Below, one piece after another: positions 24,139 to 36,272 of a DNA stretch of 64,000 nt (the stretch's first letter is position 1; each line of letters begins with the position of its first letter). The notes under the pieces are model-generated. The model did no database searches. It was not told the origin of the DNA and saw only the letters and a list, made by a program, of their open reading frames with translations. The DNA lies in the NCBI RefSeq assembly GCF_964204645.1, contig NC_134026.1, positions 30,987,432 through 31,051,431 of the forward strand. The letters run 5' to 3'. This DNA is from Tubulanus polymorphus (Eukaryota; Animalia; Nemertea). Made by a program: the position numbers and the translations under genes.

Positions 24139-26384
24139 GAACCTGTTGAAAAAACAATAAACAGAGAAATAAATTTAATATCTTTTGAATAAGACTTCTC
24201 ATTTTCAGCAATTTTATAATCATTTTCTGATCTATAAATCGATGTGTAAAAATTAAACCAAACCCGATGAAAAAAAGGAATGACCTTTTCTATGTTCCAC
24301 AACAAAATACTATTCTCTGATGGCAATCCTGCAAATGGACTTAATTCCTTTTACCAGTAGCAGCACTACCTCAGAGTCTGCACCTGCTATCGACGTTACA
24401 TCACAGGTGGAATCAGACATGATGTTATATATAGATAATTATTGTCATCATGATAATAACTGTTTGCACTATAAACATAACTAATAATAATCTATAAGGG
24501 TCGAAACTGTATCACCATGGTGATCAATTATACATCTTGTAACGCTGTATTGTGCATTAACATAACAGCTATGATCTCTGATAATATCATCATAAAAGGA
24601 AATATCGTTATATATGGTATCAATAATATCCATCCCTGTAAACATATTATCTCTCATCTTTATGATAACAAGCTTCATTTAGGCCTATCAGTCTCCTGTA
24701 TCAACTTAGAACTCAAACATCTAAATCAATGAAAGGTCACATCAGACTCTCCTGCTGGACTCACTGGTCGGTTAGGATTCCCCACAGATGCTCATCATGA
24801 TAGCTAAGGGGTCCAAAATCAAAGATTCGACCCACAGGTATCATACCAATGAAAATTTTGTTCAATCTTTAATTAGGCCTGTTGCGCCGTACCTATAATC
24901 GTAAGCTTTTGTAATCTAATGACAGGCTGTGGTATTAAAAGCTTACCACCATTAATAGTTAATAAGTACTGATACAGACAGGTTTGGACGGGGTCCTAGG
25001 ATACTGGTTGGAATATCTAATTTTGGACCCCTCTTCTATCGATTGTGATCCCGTGGTGGGTTTTTTTCACTTGTTGAGTGACTGAACTCAATACCATACT
25101 GAGTAATTAAAGGTCATCGTCATCCACTAATCAGGGTGTTTGGAACTTAACCTACTAAAATTACTCTGTGAGGAGGAGAGATACAGCAGCTGAGGGTCTA
25201 AATGTCATCATCTCCTCAGGCTCAGCATCTTCGCGGCACATCCGTAATGTGCTGCCCTCTACAGTAAATCATATTTACTAAACGATTTCTGTTTCACAAT
25301 AACGCTGCGCTACTTCATCTATTTTGTATCTGTGTTTGTCCGTAATTATAGCTTTACTGTCAAATTCATGATACGATGGAATGTGTACCGCACGTGGAGA
25401 TGTTATTGTTTACATACTCGCATACCACGGTAAGAATACCGATTAGTGTCAAAGCCTAACCGTCAAGTGCTGCCCCTATGCAAAACATTGACGGCAAATA
25501 TGCGAACTAACATTTTACTCGCATGCCACAGTCGGGAATCACCGCGGTCGGGTTAGTTCACTGATTCGCCGTCAATGTAATATATAGAGGCAGCACGTTA
25601 CGGTAGCCAAGCTCTGACTTGACTACATAATCGGGAATAAAGATATTTCCTGATCAAATCCCGGTAGTGGGAAATTCAAAAATGTATGCTCTTACTCAAC
25701 GTGTATCTTGAAATGTTTCTTCTCTATGATAGAAATAGCTGTTGCCCAACTGATTCAGGCACCAAAATCACCAAAAATGAAAAATCGAAACATTTATTAT
25801 TTTCAAAGTCACTTCATTCCCATCTTTTATTATGATTTAAATGTTCCAAAGCATCAACAAGAAATCGATTTGGACGCATTGATTTTCCTGATATCGCTTC
25901 ACGCAATTTCCTCCATTTTTCATCTTGTTTTTCTTTCATCGACCCGTGTTCTTGCTCCTTAAAAACAAACAAGAATCAAATACAGGAAAATTAAGAGACC
26001 TTTTCAAACTCAAAACTCATCAAACTCTGGTTGGGATCTGTGGGTAACATTTCTAACTTTTACAAGAATAAGCTTATTGGACAAAATAGAGCCTTTGTTA
26101 ACAGAAATTGCTTTATTGGACAGTTTATTGGATTTATTTTTGCACAAAATTGAGCGCCCCGACGCATGCCCCTGGACCCAGTTGCCCCAAAAAAGAGATG
26201 AAAAAAGGCAAACATGAAAGATTGAATGAAAGAATTATATGGATTTAAGTGCTTCACCCTGGACACAGTTTAACAACAAGGATTTCAATTACCGGTATCA
26301 ACTCTAAAATCGATCTCATTTCCACATCAATTCAATTTAATTTTCACTTAAACTCATCAGGACCACATGAGTTGCACAGTCGTG

Positions 26385-26470
26385 GCTTCAGTCCAAAAGT
26401 GGTCCAAAAGACTGGTCTTAAGTTGTTAGATTGGCTTAAGAACTTAGTTGGTTTTAGACTGGTCTTAAAG
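26385..26470. mobile_element. MITE family A fragment
   Basis: agtccaaaagtggtccaaaagactggtcttaagttgttagattgg... shared with the other family A copies. Confidence 0.6.
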
Positions 26471-27797
26471 TCTAAGCTATGCAAATGACCCCTGAATTCA
26501 AAGATTCTAAACTTTCTTACCCGAGTTAGATATGGAACGGCTAAATATTCTCTATTTTGTTCTTCTAATAAAAGTTGATTGACAGCAGCTCTTTTCTGTG
26601 AGATTGTAACTGGTTCATATAAACGATGCTTTCTGCAAAATAGAATAATTCATCAGTTCATATCAAGCAGATCAGTCATTCACTGCAGAATGAGTACCCT
26701 CCCTCAGGCCTCACGACGGTTGGTCCGGTTTTACTTACCCAGTCCAGATGTTGCCTGGCATGATCTTTGCAGGAACATATGGATCTCTAATTTTAGATTT
26801 CACAGTTTTTAGAAGATACTGTGTCAGACGCATCTGAAAGTGAAAATGGAGTGAATTTGTTGAATAAAATGGACGAATTGATTCGATTGGTGCTGGTTGT
26901 TTGACCTTCTTGCTTCGTTTTGACTTACTTTTGTTAATGTGTGCGTCTGTTTCTGTGTTCGAGAAGTTTTTGCCTCTGTTGTTGTTGTTTATTTATTTCT
27001 GAAACAACACGATAGTCCGCGGTTGTCTGTACACTGTCCTTAATCACAGTTATAATTAGCAATCACACCGAAACGAATTTAATTGAATTGGTTTTACCCA
27101 CGTAACCTTGGCCATACTTGCTTGCCAGAGCTGCTACTGGCAAGCGAGTAATAGATTAGTTTTCATATTTACCGCTAGCGTTATATTTAGGGGCAGCACC
27201 TGACAGTCCAAATCAGACTAGTATATTGTATCGTTGTTGTCTAAAACTGATCAAATTCAAATATATTACTTATTTTTAGACTGAAAAAAGAAAATTATTT
27301 TCTTAATCTGGCTGATAATTACAACAAAAATCATTTTTGTGTTAATTGTATTGCAGAAAAACATCAGTACAACCAACTCTTTCCACAAACCAGTTTTCCA
27401 TTACCAAATTTTTGACTGAAGAAAAATAGATTTTTAGATTTCATAAATCTTGAATTTTCAATCTCTAGACACTTTTGAAATTCAGCTTCCTCGGAATGGC
27501 AGTATGATAAAAGCAACTCTTACAACAGTGGAACTCTGGATCCATGGCAACAATAGACTGGCTCCAAAAATATCTCTTCATAAAACAACTTTCAGGCATG
27601 GATTTAAATTGTGACAATCTCAAAATATTTTTCGTTTTATTAGTAACAGAAAGTTTAGAAGTACAATAATGATGGCATAATGCCCCCAAAACAACATATT
27701 ACACATCTCTTACCCATCCCAGCTCCGACTACCCTGGAATTCGCGTAGAACCTCAGAGAGAAGTTACTGGTCCTAGGAGTTCCGAAGCAAACGAAGT

Positions 27798-28428
27798 TTA
27801 CTGCAATAAATGACTATATGTTCTTGGTGAATTGTTGACGTTTTTATCAGGAGGTACAACAACATCAGTAGCGGCAGCAGCAGCAGCAGCGGCAGCGGCA
27901 GTGGGACAGATTTCAACGTGTAGGTCTTTGAGATAATTGTCTACAGATTGCTGACTAGTGTTCTGAGAAACCGGACTAGCAGCACTGGTAACGGGGTCGC
28001 TAGCCCTGGCAGTTGAGGATGCTGTTGAATTATCATTGGACACCATATAAACATGTACTAAACCGGAGTCAGAATTATCATCGGACGGTTGACGAACTGT
28101 TAGTAAAATCACCTCTCCTGGTTTTAACGAACTGACATCGACACCGGCGGGAGGTAGCGACTGGTCGGGTACCGGGGGTGGACTCATTAACACACGCGGA
28201 GGACTCATTATTCTCGGAGATTCTATATCCCCCGACGACCCGATACTCTCGGAATGTTTTCGAACTCGCGACATTATCTGTTCAACGTTCATGTATTGGA
28301 CTTGTTTCGGTGTGTGATTCTGGGCGCTCGGCGTTCCAGCCACGACAGGACGACCACACGTCGGCGTACCAGTAGCATCGGCTGACAATACAGTTGATTT
28401 CCCCTTATTGTTTGTCTCCATGGTTTTT
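27798..28428 (-). CDS. BDP1: BDP1 (TFIIIB B-double-prime) terminal exon 10/10: low-complexity Pro/Ser-rich C-terminal region with poly-Ala run
   Basis: Acceptor tttgctag is in phase with exon 9. ORF continues to stop at 27798. C-terminal region not alignable by eye. Confidence 0.5.
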
Positions 28429-28725
28429 CTAGCAAATATAAATGATGAGAATTTTTGTAGAGGAGCCAGTGTCAACTTAGAATCACATCAGTAAACATGG
28501 AAACAGGTAGTTATGCGGTGTAGCAGGTTTAACTGATATTAGAAATCACAAGTTTCGGCAACTTGTGCATAGAGTTGCTTAATCAGGTCAATGAGTTCAA
28601 TCAATGGAGATTCGAAAGTATCATTCACTACTACATGAATACTGTTGTTTTACTCATTTACCTGACAAAGCTACTCTATTAGACTAGTAGCGAAAGCTCG
28701 CAATCTCAGATCAGATAATCGCAAA

Positions 28726-28890
28726 GGGATCATTCATTTATTACGTACGCATAAAATTTGAATTTTTCTACCCACCCCTCCCCCTCTGTACGCAAAATCG
28801 GCCATTTTTTCATATACATTAAGCATTACAGTACGCAATTGCACTGACCCCTCCCCCTCCCCTAATGCGTACGTAATAAATGAATGACCC
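28726..28890. mobile_element. Palindromic MITE family C (~165 bp, TIR gggatcattcatttattacgtacgca)
   Basis: Perfect ~26-bp terminal inverted repeats. Second copy at 50809-50973 in the SLC2A13-like intron. Confidence 0.8.
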
Positions 28891-28936
28891 TAAATCAGTT
28901 AACCTACAATTACTATCTATTTTCACACTTATTTAC

Positions 28937-29039
28937 CTGTTCTTTACGGAATCTGCCGATCCATCTATACTTTCTTCCATTTCTTTCAGAATATCTTCAA
29001 TTTCCGATTCATTTTCATCCGAATTCGAATCACCATCAA
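28937..29039 (-). CDS. BDP1: BDP1 exon 9/10 (acidic: VDGDSNSDENESEIEDILKEMEESIDGSADSVKN)
   Basis: Acceptor ctcaatag, donor AG|gtaaat. Phase-consistent. Confidence 0.55.
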
Positions 29040-29349
29040 CTATTGAGAAATAAATATATCAACGATTCACTCCTGTTAGTTTTATCATTATAATTTTGCT
29101 AATCTCTAAATCAAGCCCACAGCCAGCCCTGTATATGAGGGAGGTTTGATTTTCACAAAAGCGGAACTTTCAGAAGGTGCCCACATGCCATATTTTCAAT
29201 CGAGGTTTGATCTAAAATAGGATGTTTTGATTCAAACAACATTTTCAAATAAACTCTGAAGATGGTTTGAAGGATTGTTTAAATTGATATTGATAGTTTC
29301 TCTCAATCATATTCTTCAAGACTGGAAATAGTCGGAACTATTTACAAAC

Positions 29350-29523
29350 CTGTTTTTTTAATTCGTTTTTTACGCGACCGCGTAGCGACTGTTGTTCCAG
29401 TTCCGGCAGTTCCTCCTGTTCTCGTTTCTTTTTGCTGTTTGCGTTTATTTGATTTTGGTTTTGGTTCGATCTCTTCGTCGGACGACTCGTCAAATATCGA
29501 TGAATCGAAATTCCGTCTCTCGG
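29350..29523 (-). CDS. BDP1: BDP1 exon 8/10 (...SSDEEIEPKPKSNKRKQQKETR...RSRKKRIKKT)
   Basis: Acceptor ttttccag, donor G|gtttgt. Phase-consistent. Confidence 0.55.
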
Positions 29524-29924
29524 CTGGAAAAATAAAAAAACTATTTATTATCGAAATTCATAGAGTATTTGAAACAGCCACAACAGAATCACAACTATAA
29601 CAAATTCATCCTTGAAAATAATATCATTACAATACGATTGATTATCTGATGAGGCCGAAATTGATTGTGCTATCATTTTTCAAGGATAAATTTTATTTTA
29701 GTTCTGAACGTTCGACTCTCTCTCTCTACTAAAAGAAACGGCCCTTTCTTTGTTAAGTCTTCTATGCATCTTGAGGAAGGTCAAAAATTGTGTGTAAACA
29801 CAAACAAATCACAAACAATTTTTCCGAACATTCCCCCTAAACAGTAAAGTTCAGATCAGTAAAAAGTTTGCGAGTTCAAAACAAATTGAAGAGAACATTT
29901 TAAAGGGTGTAATTTCAGACATAC

Positions 29925-29979
29925 CTATAGCCATATCAATCAGCGATTTATTTATTCTCTCTTCACGTTTGAATTTATT
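29925..29979 (-). CDS. BDP1: BDP1 exon 7/10 (NKFKREERINKSLIDMAI): C-terminal end of extended SANT domain
   Basis: Matches BDP1 NKFKREEK.NP.LI.KAL. Acceptor gaattcag, donor G|gtatgt. Confidence 0.8.
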
Positions 29980-30069
29980 CTGAATTCAAAATAAAGTAAA
30001 AAGAATGAATTCTATTTTTCGATAAAAACAGAATGAATGATACTATTGAGAGTGATCGGTATTTCTTAC

Positions 30070-30164
30070 CTTCAGTTGAGTTCGTGTTCTCTTTGGAAAC
30101 ATTTTCTGAATCAGCGAGAAATCTGTACCTAACGTACTGATTGCTTTATAGAATCTTTTAGTTT
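30070..30164 (-). CDS. BDP1: BDP1 exon 6/10 (SANT/Myb domain: ETKRFYKAISTLGTDFSLIQKMFPKRTRTQLK)
   Basis: Close match to BDP1 SANT E.E.F..A.S.VGTDFSLI.QLFP.R.R.EIK. Acceptor tttgcag, donor AAG|gtaaga. Confidence 0.85.
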
Positions 30165-30285
30165 CTGCAAATGAAATTCAAGAGTTTCGATAAGTAGGTA
30201 AAACATGGCAAGGTTTTGATGCAATCAGGTTCGATTCCCGGTCGAGGGAGGTACGACCAGGTTCAAACCCCTATATCAAATATAC

Positions 30286-30422
30286 CTCTTTCAGTCCATG
30301 TTTTTGTAGGAATATAATTTCTGTAACTCAGCGATGTTGTAAAATAATTCTCATCTTCTTCTACGGTATTGGTTTCGTTGATCGGGGATTTAGGGCCATC
30401 ATTTTCAGCCGGGACGAACAAA
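30286..30422 (-). CDS. BDP1: BDP1 exon 5/10 (...YRNYIPTKTWTER)
   Basis: Acceptor tttctag, donor G|gtatat. Phase links exon 4 to exon 6. Confidence 0.6.
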
Positions 30423-30462
30423 CTAGAAATGTACATCACATTACATCATCAGTACGCACAGG

Positions 30463-32495
30463 TAGGCTCACCTAGATAGGCACAGGTAGGCTTATCTAGA
30501 TAGACACTGATAGGCTTATCTATCTAGATAGGCACAGGTAGGCTTATCTAGATAGGTACAGGTAGGCTTATCTAGATAGGTACAGGTAGGCTTATCTAGA
30601 TAGGCACAGGTAGGCTTATCTAGATAGATAGGCACAGGTAGGCTTATCTAGATAGGTACAGGTAGGCTTATCTAGATAGGCACAGGTAGGCTTACCTAGA
30701 TAGGCACTGATAGGCTTATCTATCTAGATAGGCACAGGTAGGCTTATCTAGATAGGTACAGGTAGGCTTATCTAGATAGGCACAGGTAGGCTTACCTAGA
30801 TAGGCACTGATAGGCTTATCTATCTAGATAGGCACAGGTAGGCTTATCTAGATAGGCACAGGTAGGCTTACCTAGATAGGCACTGATAGGCTTATCTATC
30901 TAGATAGGCACAGGTAGGCTTACCTAGATAGGCACAGGTAGGTTTATCTATCTAGATAGGCACAGGTAGGTTTATCTAGATAGGCACAGGTAGGCTTATC
31001 TAGATAGACACTGATAGGCTTATCTATCTAGATAGGCACAGGTAGGCTTATCTATCTAGATAGGCACAGGTAGGCTTACCTAGATAGGCACAGGTAGGCT
31101 TATCTAGATAGACACTGATAGGCTTATCTATCTAGATAGGCACAGGTAGGCTTATCTAGATAGGCAGAGGTAGGCTTATCTAGATAGACACTGATAGGCT
31201 TATCTATCTAGATAGGCACAGGTAGGCTTATCTAGATAGGCACTGATAGGCTTATCTATCTAGATAGGCACAGGTAGGCTTATCTAGATAGGTACAGGTA
31301 GGCTTATCTAGATAGGCACAGGTAGGCTTACCTAGATAGGCACTGATAGGCTTATCTATCTAGATAGGCACAGGTAGGCTTATCTAGATAGGTACAGGTA
31401 GGCTTATCTAGATAGGCACAGGTAGGCTTACCTAGATAGGCACTGATAGGCTTATCTATCTAGATAGGCACAGGTAGGCTTATCTAGATAGGTACAGGTA
31501 GGCTTATCTAGATAGGCACAGGTAGGCTTACCTAGATAGGCACTGATAGGCTTATCTATCTAGATAGGCACAGGTAGGCTTATCTAGATAGGTACAGGTA
31601 GGCTTATCTAGATAGGCACAGGTAGGCTTATCTAAATAGACACTGATAGCCTTATCTATCTAGATAGGCACAGGTAGGCTTATCTAGATAGGTACAGGTA
31701 GGCTTATCTAGATAGGCACAGGTAGGCTTACCTAAATAGACACTGATAGGCTTATCTATCTAGATAGGTACAGGTAGGCTTATCTAGATAGGCACAGGTA
31801 GGCTTATCTAGATAGACACTGATAGGCTTATCTATCTAGATAGGCACAGGTAGGCTTATCTAGATAGGTACAGGTAGGCTTATCTAGATAGGCACAGGTA
31901 GGCTTATCTAGATAGGCACAGGTAGGCTTATCTAGATAGGTACAGGTAGGCTTATCTAGATAGGCACAGGTAGGCTTATCTAGATAGGCACAGGTAGGCT
32001 TATCTAGATAGGTACAGGTAGGCTTATCTAGATAGGTACAGGTAGGCTTATCTAGATAGGTACAGGTAGGCTTATCTAGATAGGTACAGGTAGGCTTATC
32101 TAGATAGGCACAGGTAGGCTTATCTAGATAGATAGGCACAGGTAGGCTTATCTAGATAGGTACAGGTAGGCTTATCTAGATAGGCACAGGTAGGCTTATC
32201 TAGATAGATAGGCACAGGTAGGCTTATCTAGATAGGTACAGGTAGGCTTATCTAGATAGGCACAGGTAGGCTTATCTAGATAGGCACAGGTAGGCTTATC
32301 TAGATAGATAGGCACAGGTAGGCTTATCTAGATAGGTACAGGTAGGCTTATCTAGATAGGTACAGGTAGGCTTATCTAGATAGGCACAGGTAGGCTTATC
32401 TAGATAGGCACAGGTAGGCTTATCTAGATAGATAGGCACAGGTAGGCTTATCTAGATAGGCACAGGTAGGCTTATCTAGATAGGCACAGGTAGGT
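30463..32495. repeat. Giant minisatellite: ~2.03 kb of a 24-bp unit ataggcacaggtaggcttatctag, ~85 copies, in BDP1 intron 4
   Basis: Variants ataggtacagg..., atagacactgataggcttatctatctag. ORF 31828-32139 (YLDKPTCT...) is an artefact. Confidence 0.95.
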
Positions 32496-32515
32496 TTGGA
32501 GTGTAGGACACATAC

Positions 32516-32743
32516 CTTGCCTCATTGAGTATGATACTACCATCAGGTCCGACCGTAAGCTGAGGAGCAGGAGCTGCAGTCTGCTCTTCCTCTTCAAGCT
32601 CCTGCTGCTCCTTGCTATGAGTTGATTCGTCATTGCCCGCCACCGACGAGCGATCATCTTCCGTTGCCCGAGGCGATGAAGATTCTATTGTTGTATCGTC
32701 ACTCTCTTTCGATGTTTTCGCTTTTTTGTTTTTTAATGTGTAT
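32516..32743 (-). CDS. BDP1: BDP1 exon 4/10 (...EQTAAPAPQLTVGPDGSIILNEA)
   Basis: Conserved BDP1 motif PQ.K.GP.G.I..DE.SL preceding SANT. Acceptor cactag, donor AG|gtatgt. Confidence 0.7.
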
Positions 32744-33190
32744 CTAGTGAAAAAGACGAGGTGAGTTATAAAACCATTATAACATACAATAAATAGACAA
32801 TACAGTAAACCTCGCTCAACTCTAACTCTGACAAACAACAAAATCATTTTCTGACTTGCAAACATATTTTCCGATACTCGAACTTACGCTTGAGTTTCTG
32901 CGGCTTCAAATGTTACAATTCATTCATTTTTCATTGAATCCCGTATTGATAAAGAGACATGAATATTGAATATCCAATTTCCCTTAGTTTTCTGATTCCC
33001 CCGAGTTTTCCCGTTTTTACACTTCAATGATCTATGATTAAGATATCGCAACAGCATATTTTCAAGTTATCAAGACAAAACGACCACTTTCCGCCCGTTT
33101 ACAAATCCCAAGAGTTTTCAATGTGATAACTGCATAGGAAATTCTCATTCGAACTAAATAAAGTAGATCAGTCCCAAATGATGTGGATTT

Positions 33191-33448
33191 AACCCTTCAG
33201 TGCGTCTACACCGCAGTGCGGTGTATGAATCAGTAATAAGTAATTAGTTTTTGTTTTTGTTTTTATTTTTTTAAATGGCAGCACCTGTCAAACATAGTGA
33301 AATTCTAGTAACTAACGATACACCGCGCCGCGGTGTAGACGCACTCTAGTGGTATTCCTGTTATTCAGCACACTAGGGCGGATTTTTTCAAAATTTTCAA
33401 ATTATCTCCAGCACTATAGGGTATTGATTAGTCAGCACTGAAAGGGTT
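33191..33448. mobile_element. MITE family D (TIR aacccttcagtgcgtctacaccgc ... gtgtagacgcac ... cactgaaagggtt) in BDP1 intron 3
   Basis: Terminal inverted repeats visible. Related copy at 59888-60216. Internal gacaggtgctgcc motif also at ~25560 and ~27185. Confidence 0.7.
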
Positions 33449-33473
33449 AAGCAGATTTTGAAGCGATTCTTAC

Positions 33474-33592
33474 TTCATAGGGTTTGATGATGGATTCCAG
33501 TGAATGAGATCTCTCATTGTCATTTTAGTTCGATCTGGTGGATTCTCCGGGTCAAAACTCACTTTATAACGAGGAGCACGCGATTTTTTTGG
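33474..33592 (-). CDS. BDP1: BDP1 exon 3/10 (PKKSRAPRYKVSFDPENPPDRTKMTMRDLIHWNPSSNPM)
   Basis: Matches BDP1 conserved TMRDLI.YNP..NPM. Acceptor ttttccag, donor AA|gtaaga. Confidence 0.8.
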
Positions 33593-33756
33593 CTGGAAAA
33601 CAAAAAATGCAAAATATGAAATTTTGGGAATTCTCTTTCACGCGCTTTCTTATCATAGAAACTAACTTTGTACATGTAATTTCACTAGATTTCAAAGTTT
33701 AAAGTCCACAGTCGATTCAAGTATAAGCCATTTTGAAGAGTAATTTGAGACATCAG

Positions 33757-34217
33757 GAACTGAATTCTGAACTGTGGAACTGGACCCTGAGCTGTGGAAT
33801 TGAGTCCAGAACTGTGGAACTGTACCCAGAACTGTGGACCTGGATCCAGAACTGTGGAACTGGACCCTGAACTGTGGAACTGGACCCTGAACTGTGGAAT
33901 TGAGTCCAGAACTGTGGAACTGAGTTCAGAACCGTGGAACTGAGACCAGAACTTTGGAACTGAGTTCAGAACCGTGGAACTGAGTTCAGAACCGTGGAAC
34001 TGAGTCCAGAACTGTGGAACTGAGTCCAGAACTGTGGAACTGAGTTCAGAACTGTGGAACTAGTTCCAGAACTGTGGAACTTGATCCAGAACTGTGGAAC
34101 TGGGTTCAGAACTGTGGAACTGTATCCAGAACTGTGGAACTGGACTCAGAACTGTGGAACTGGGTCCTGAACTGTGGAACTGGACCCTGAACTTTGGAAC
34201 CCTGAACTGTGGAACCT
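33757..34217. repeat. 22-bp satellite array (gaactgtggaactggaYcctga x ~21) in BDP1 intron 2
   Basis: Family B unit tandemised. Copies diverge (ggacc/gagtc/gagtt variants). Confidence 0.9.
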
Positions 34218-34232
34218 GGTGTAAATATTTAC

Positions 34233-34434
34233 CTTGTGAGTTGTGGTAGTTTGAATTTTACTTGTTGATTTTTGAGTATTTTTTACTATGGTCTCCTTTT
34301 CAGCAGATGTAACTGTAACTACTGCTGCTGCTGCTGCTGCTGTTGCTGCCGACGATACTGTTGTTGTTGTCGCTGATGTCGTTTTCTTTTCAACTATTGC
34401 TGCATCAGATTTTTTCATCGTTATTGATTTGATG
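34233..34434 (-). CDS. BDP1: BDP1 exon 2/10 (Thr/Ala-rich low-complexity ...TTSATTTTVSSAATAAAAAAVVTVTSAEKE...)
   Basis: Acceptor ttttttcag, donor AAG|gtaaat. Phases link exon 1 to exon 3. Confidence 0.6.
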
Positions 34435-34514
34435 CTGAAAAAACAAAAATGAAAAATGTTTGTAAATATTCCCACAATTATTCTCGGTATTTCTAGACTG
34501 AATAATCAACTTAC

Positions 34515-34762
34515 GGGTTTCGTTGTATAGGTGGAGGAGTTGTTACTACGGCAACCTCTGAATGCGATGTTGCTGCAACTGTTGCTGTGGTAACCACTGT
34601 TGCATTGTGACTGATTTTCTCGCCACTCGAAACGACAGGGCTGACGGCAGGTTTCTTAGCGACGGATGAAGACGTTTCCGCGGTAACGCTTTGACGAGTT
34701 GAAACACGACTGGACGATTTAAGCGCCAGATTCGGCTTCACTTGAATTCTCGATCTACGCAT
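34515..34762 (-). CDS. BDP1: BDP1 exon 1/10 (MRRSRIQVKPNLALKSS...): conserved BDP1 N-terminus
   Basis: Human BDP1 begins MFRRARLSVKPNV. ATG at 34762-34760, donor CC|gtaagt. Confidence 0.8.
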
Positions 34763-35159
34763 GATGAGATTTCAAGTTTGTGAATTCCTAAAATAGAAAT
34801 TCAAGCTTTCTTATACGACATAGCAGCAGGGGGTACCCAGCAGGGGTATAGAACTATTTCAGACTCCCTGGCCTAATGTGGTTCACTTTTTAATTTTTGT
34901 GACGGTGGTAGCAATAAATTTTAATTTGATTGCTTTTATCCCAGTTAAAAAGGTCGACGTATGTTTTAGATCGATGTCACTGATTCCCTTACGGATTCTC
35001 TGCAGCAGTGATTCATATCAGTGATTCCTATCGAGAACTACGTTAAGAATGATGTAAAACATAGGCCTACCCACCACACAAACTTTTGAATTGTGACTGT
35101 CATGAATTGAATTGTTTTTCTAGCGGGAATTCTGTGAACTAACAGTCAGGCCAACCCAA

Positions 35160-35310
35160 CGAGTTCCTACGTTTTACACCAACAACCGGTCTAGGGTTAC
35201 TACACTCACAAGGCTAACCCTAGGGTTTTATAAGCTTCACAACAAGAAGGCTAACCCTAGGGTTTCTACGTTTTACACCCAGGCCAAGCCTAGGGTTAGA
35301 GGGCCAGCAA
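35160..35310. promoter_or_regulatory. Cluster of 4 palindromic telo-box-like motifs (ggctaaccctagggtt) ~50-200 bp upstream of the TMEM17-like start
   Basis: AACCCTAGGGTT palindrome x4 within 130 bp. Position consistent with a promoter element. Confidence 0.3.
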
Positions 35311-35360
35311 TTACAACAATAAATTTCAAATTGAATTGAATTGTTGCTAATGAAGCTATA

Positions 35361-35463
35361 ATGGCGGCTCTACGTAAAACTCTCACTCAATTTACAGATG
35401 TTGTTTTTCCTACTCATAAACTGTCTCAGAGTCTCATTCCTGCGCATCATTTAATCAAATCAG
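35361..35463 (+). CDS. TMEM17: TMEM17-like exon 1/4 (MAALRKTLTQFTDVVFPTHKLSQSLIPAHHLIKS)
   Basis: ATG at 35361, donor G|gtaaaa. In phase with exon 2. Confidence 0.6.
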
Positions 35464-35659
35464 GTAAAATATTTTCCCTTCACGAATTAGGTCCGCATTT
35501 CTCTTCTGAAATAGCCTAGAATCATCATGAATTTTTTGTTTTTGTCTGAAACTAGGCCTATATTTTATTTTCTTCTCATCCGACTCATGTTGGACTCAAA
35601 CCTCGACTGTCAATGTCAGTGTCTAATGAAAGTTAAATTAATATTTTGTATTTTTGCAG

Positions 35660-35763
35660 GGAATGAATATGTATCTAGTTTACCGTTACAAATGGCTCTT
35701 TATTTTAACGGATTTTATTTTCCGTTCTGGTTCATTTGTGTCATCATGTCATTTGTAATGAAG
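35660..35763 (+). CDS. TMEM17: TMEM17-like exon 2/4 (NEYVSSLPLQMALYFNGFYFPFWFICVIMSFVMK)
   Basis: Matches human TMEM17 NEMVSSLALQMSLYFNTYYFPLWWVSSIMMLHMK. Acceptor tttgcag, donor AAG|gtaagg. Confidence 0.85.
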
Positions 35764-36158
35764 GTAAGGCATCAGGGAGGGAGGGGCTCAGTCAGTAACC
35801 TGTCTGTGGTTTGGTTTAACGATCGGATAATTTCACAAACCACATAAGTATAAGCTCATCCAATTTTAAAAAGCTTACCACCAACGATTAGGTAACTAAC
35901 TAGGAGGGGCTGTAGTGTAGTTGGTCAAAAGTTGGTTAGAGTTAACCACTGGATAGTCTAGTACCTAGCCGTGGTTCCACAAACAACACCCGTAACAACG
36001 ACTGGTATTTAGACTAACCAATGGATAGTTGATAGTCTATTCGCATCATCGCTATATTATCTTCAATTTTGGAAAACTTACGCAGAAAATAAAGTTACGG
36101 AAACTTATGTCGAGAAATTTGAGAATTATCTGATTGATGAAATGAATTTATTTTACAG

Positions 36159-36272
36159 TATAATTACTTATCGATGCTGTATCGAATTATTCTGATCGCG
36201 ATCATCCTTACGCTGACAATTGTTGAAATAGTCCGACTATATATTGGATTCATGGGAAATCTCACTGAAAAG
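36159..36272 (+). CDS. TMEM17: TMEM17-like exon 3/4 (YNYLSMLYRIILIAIILTLTIVEIVRLYIGFMGNLTEK)
   Basis: Matches TMEM17 ...IIILILIEAIRLYLGYVGNLQEK. Acceptor ttttacag, donor AAG|gtaact. Confidence 0.85.

Noticed and set aside
31828-32139. 103-aa minus-strand ORF (YLDKPTCT repeats)
   Set aside because: Pure translation of the 24-bp minisatellite inside the BDP1 intron. No start context or splice logic.
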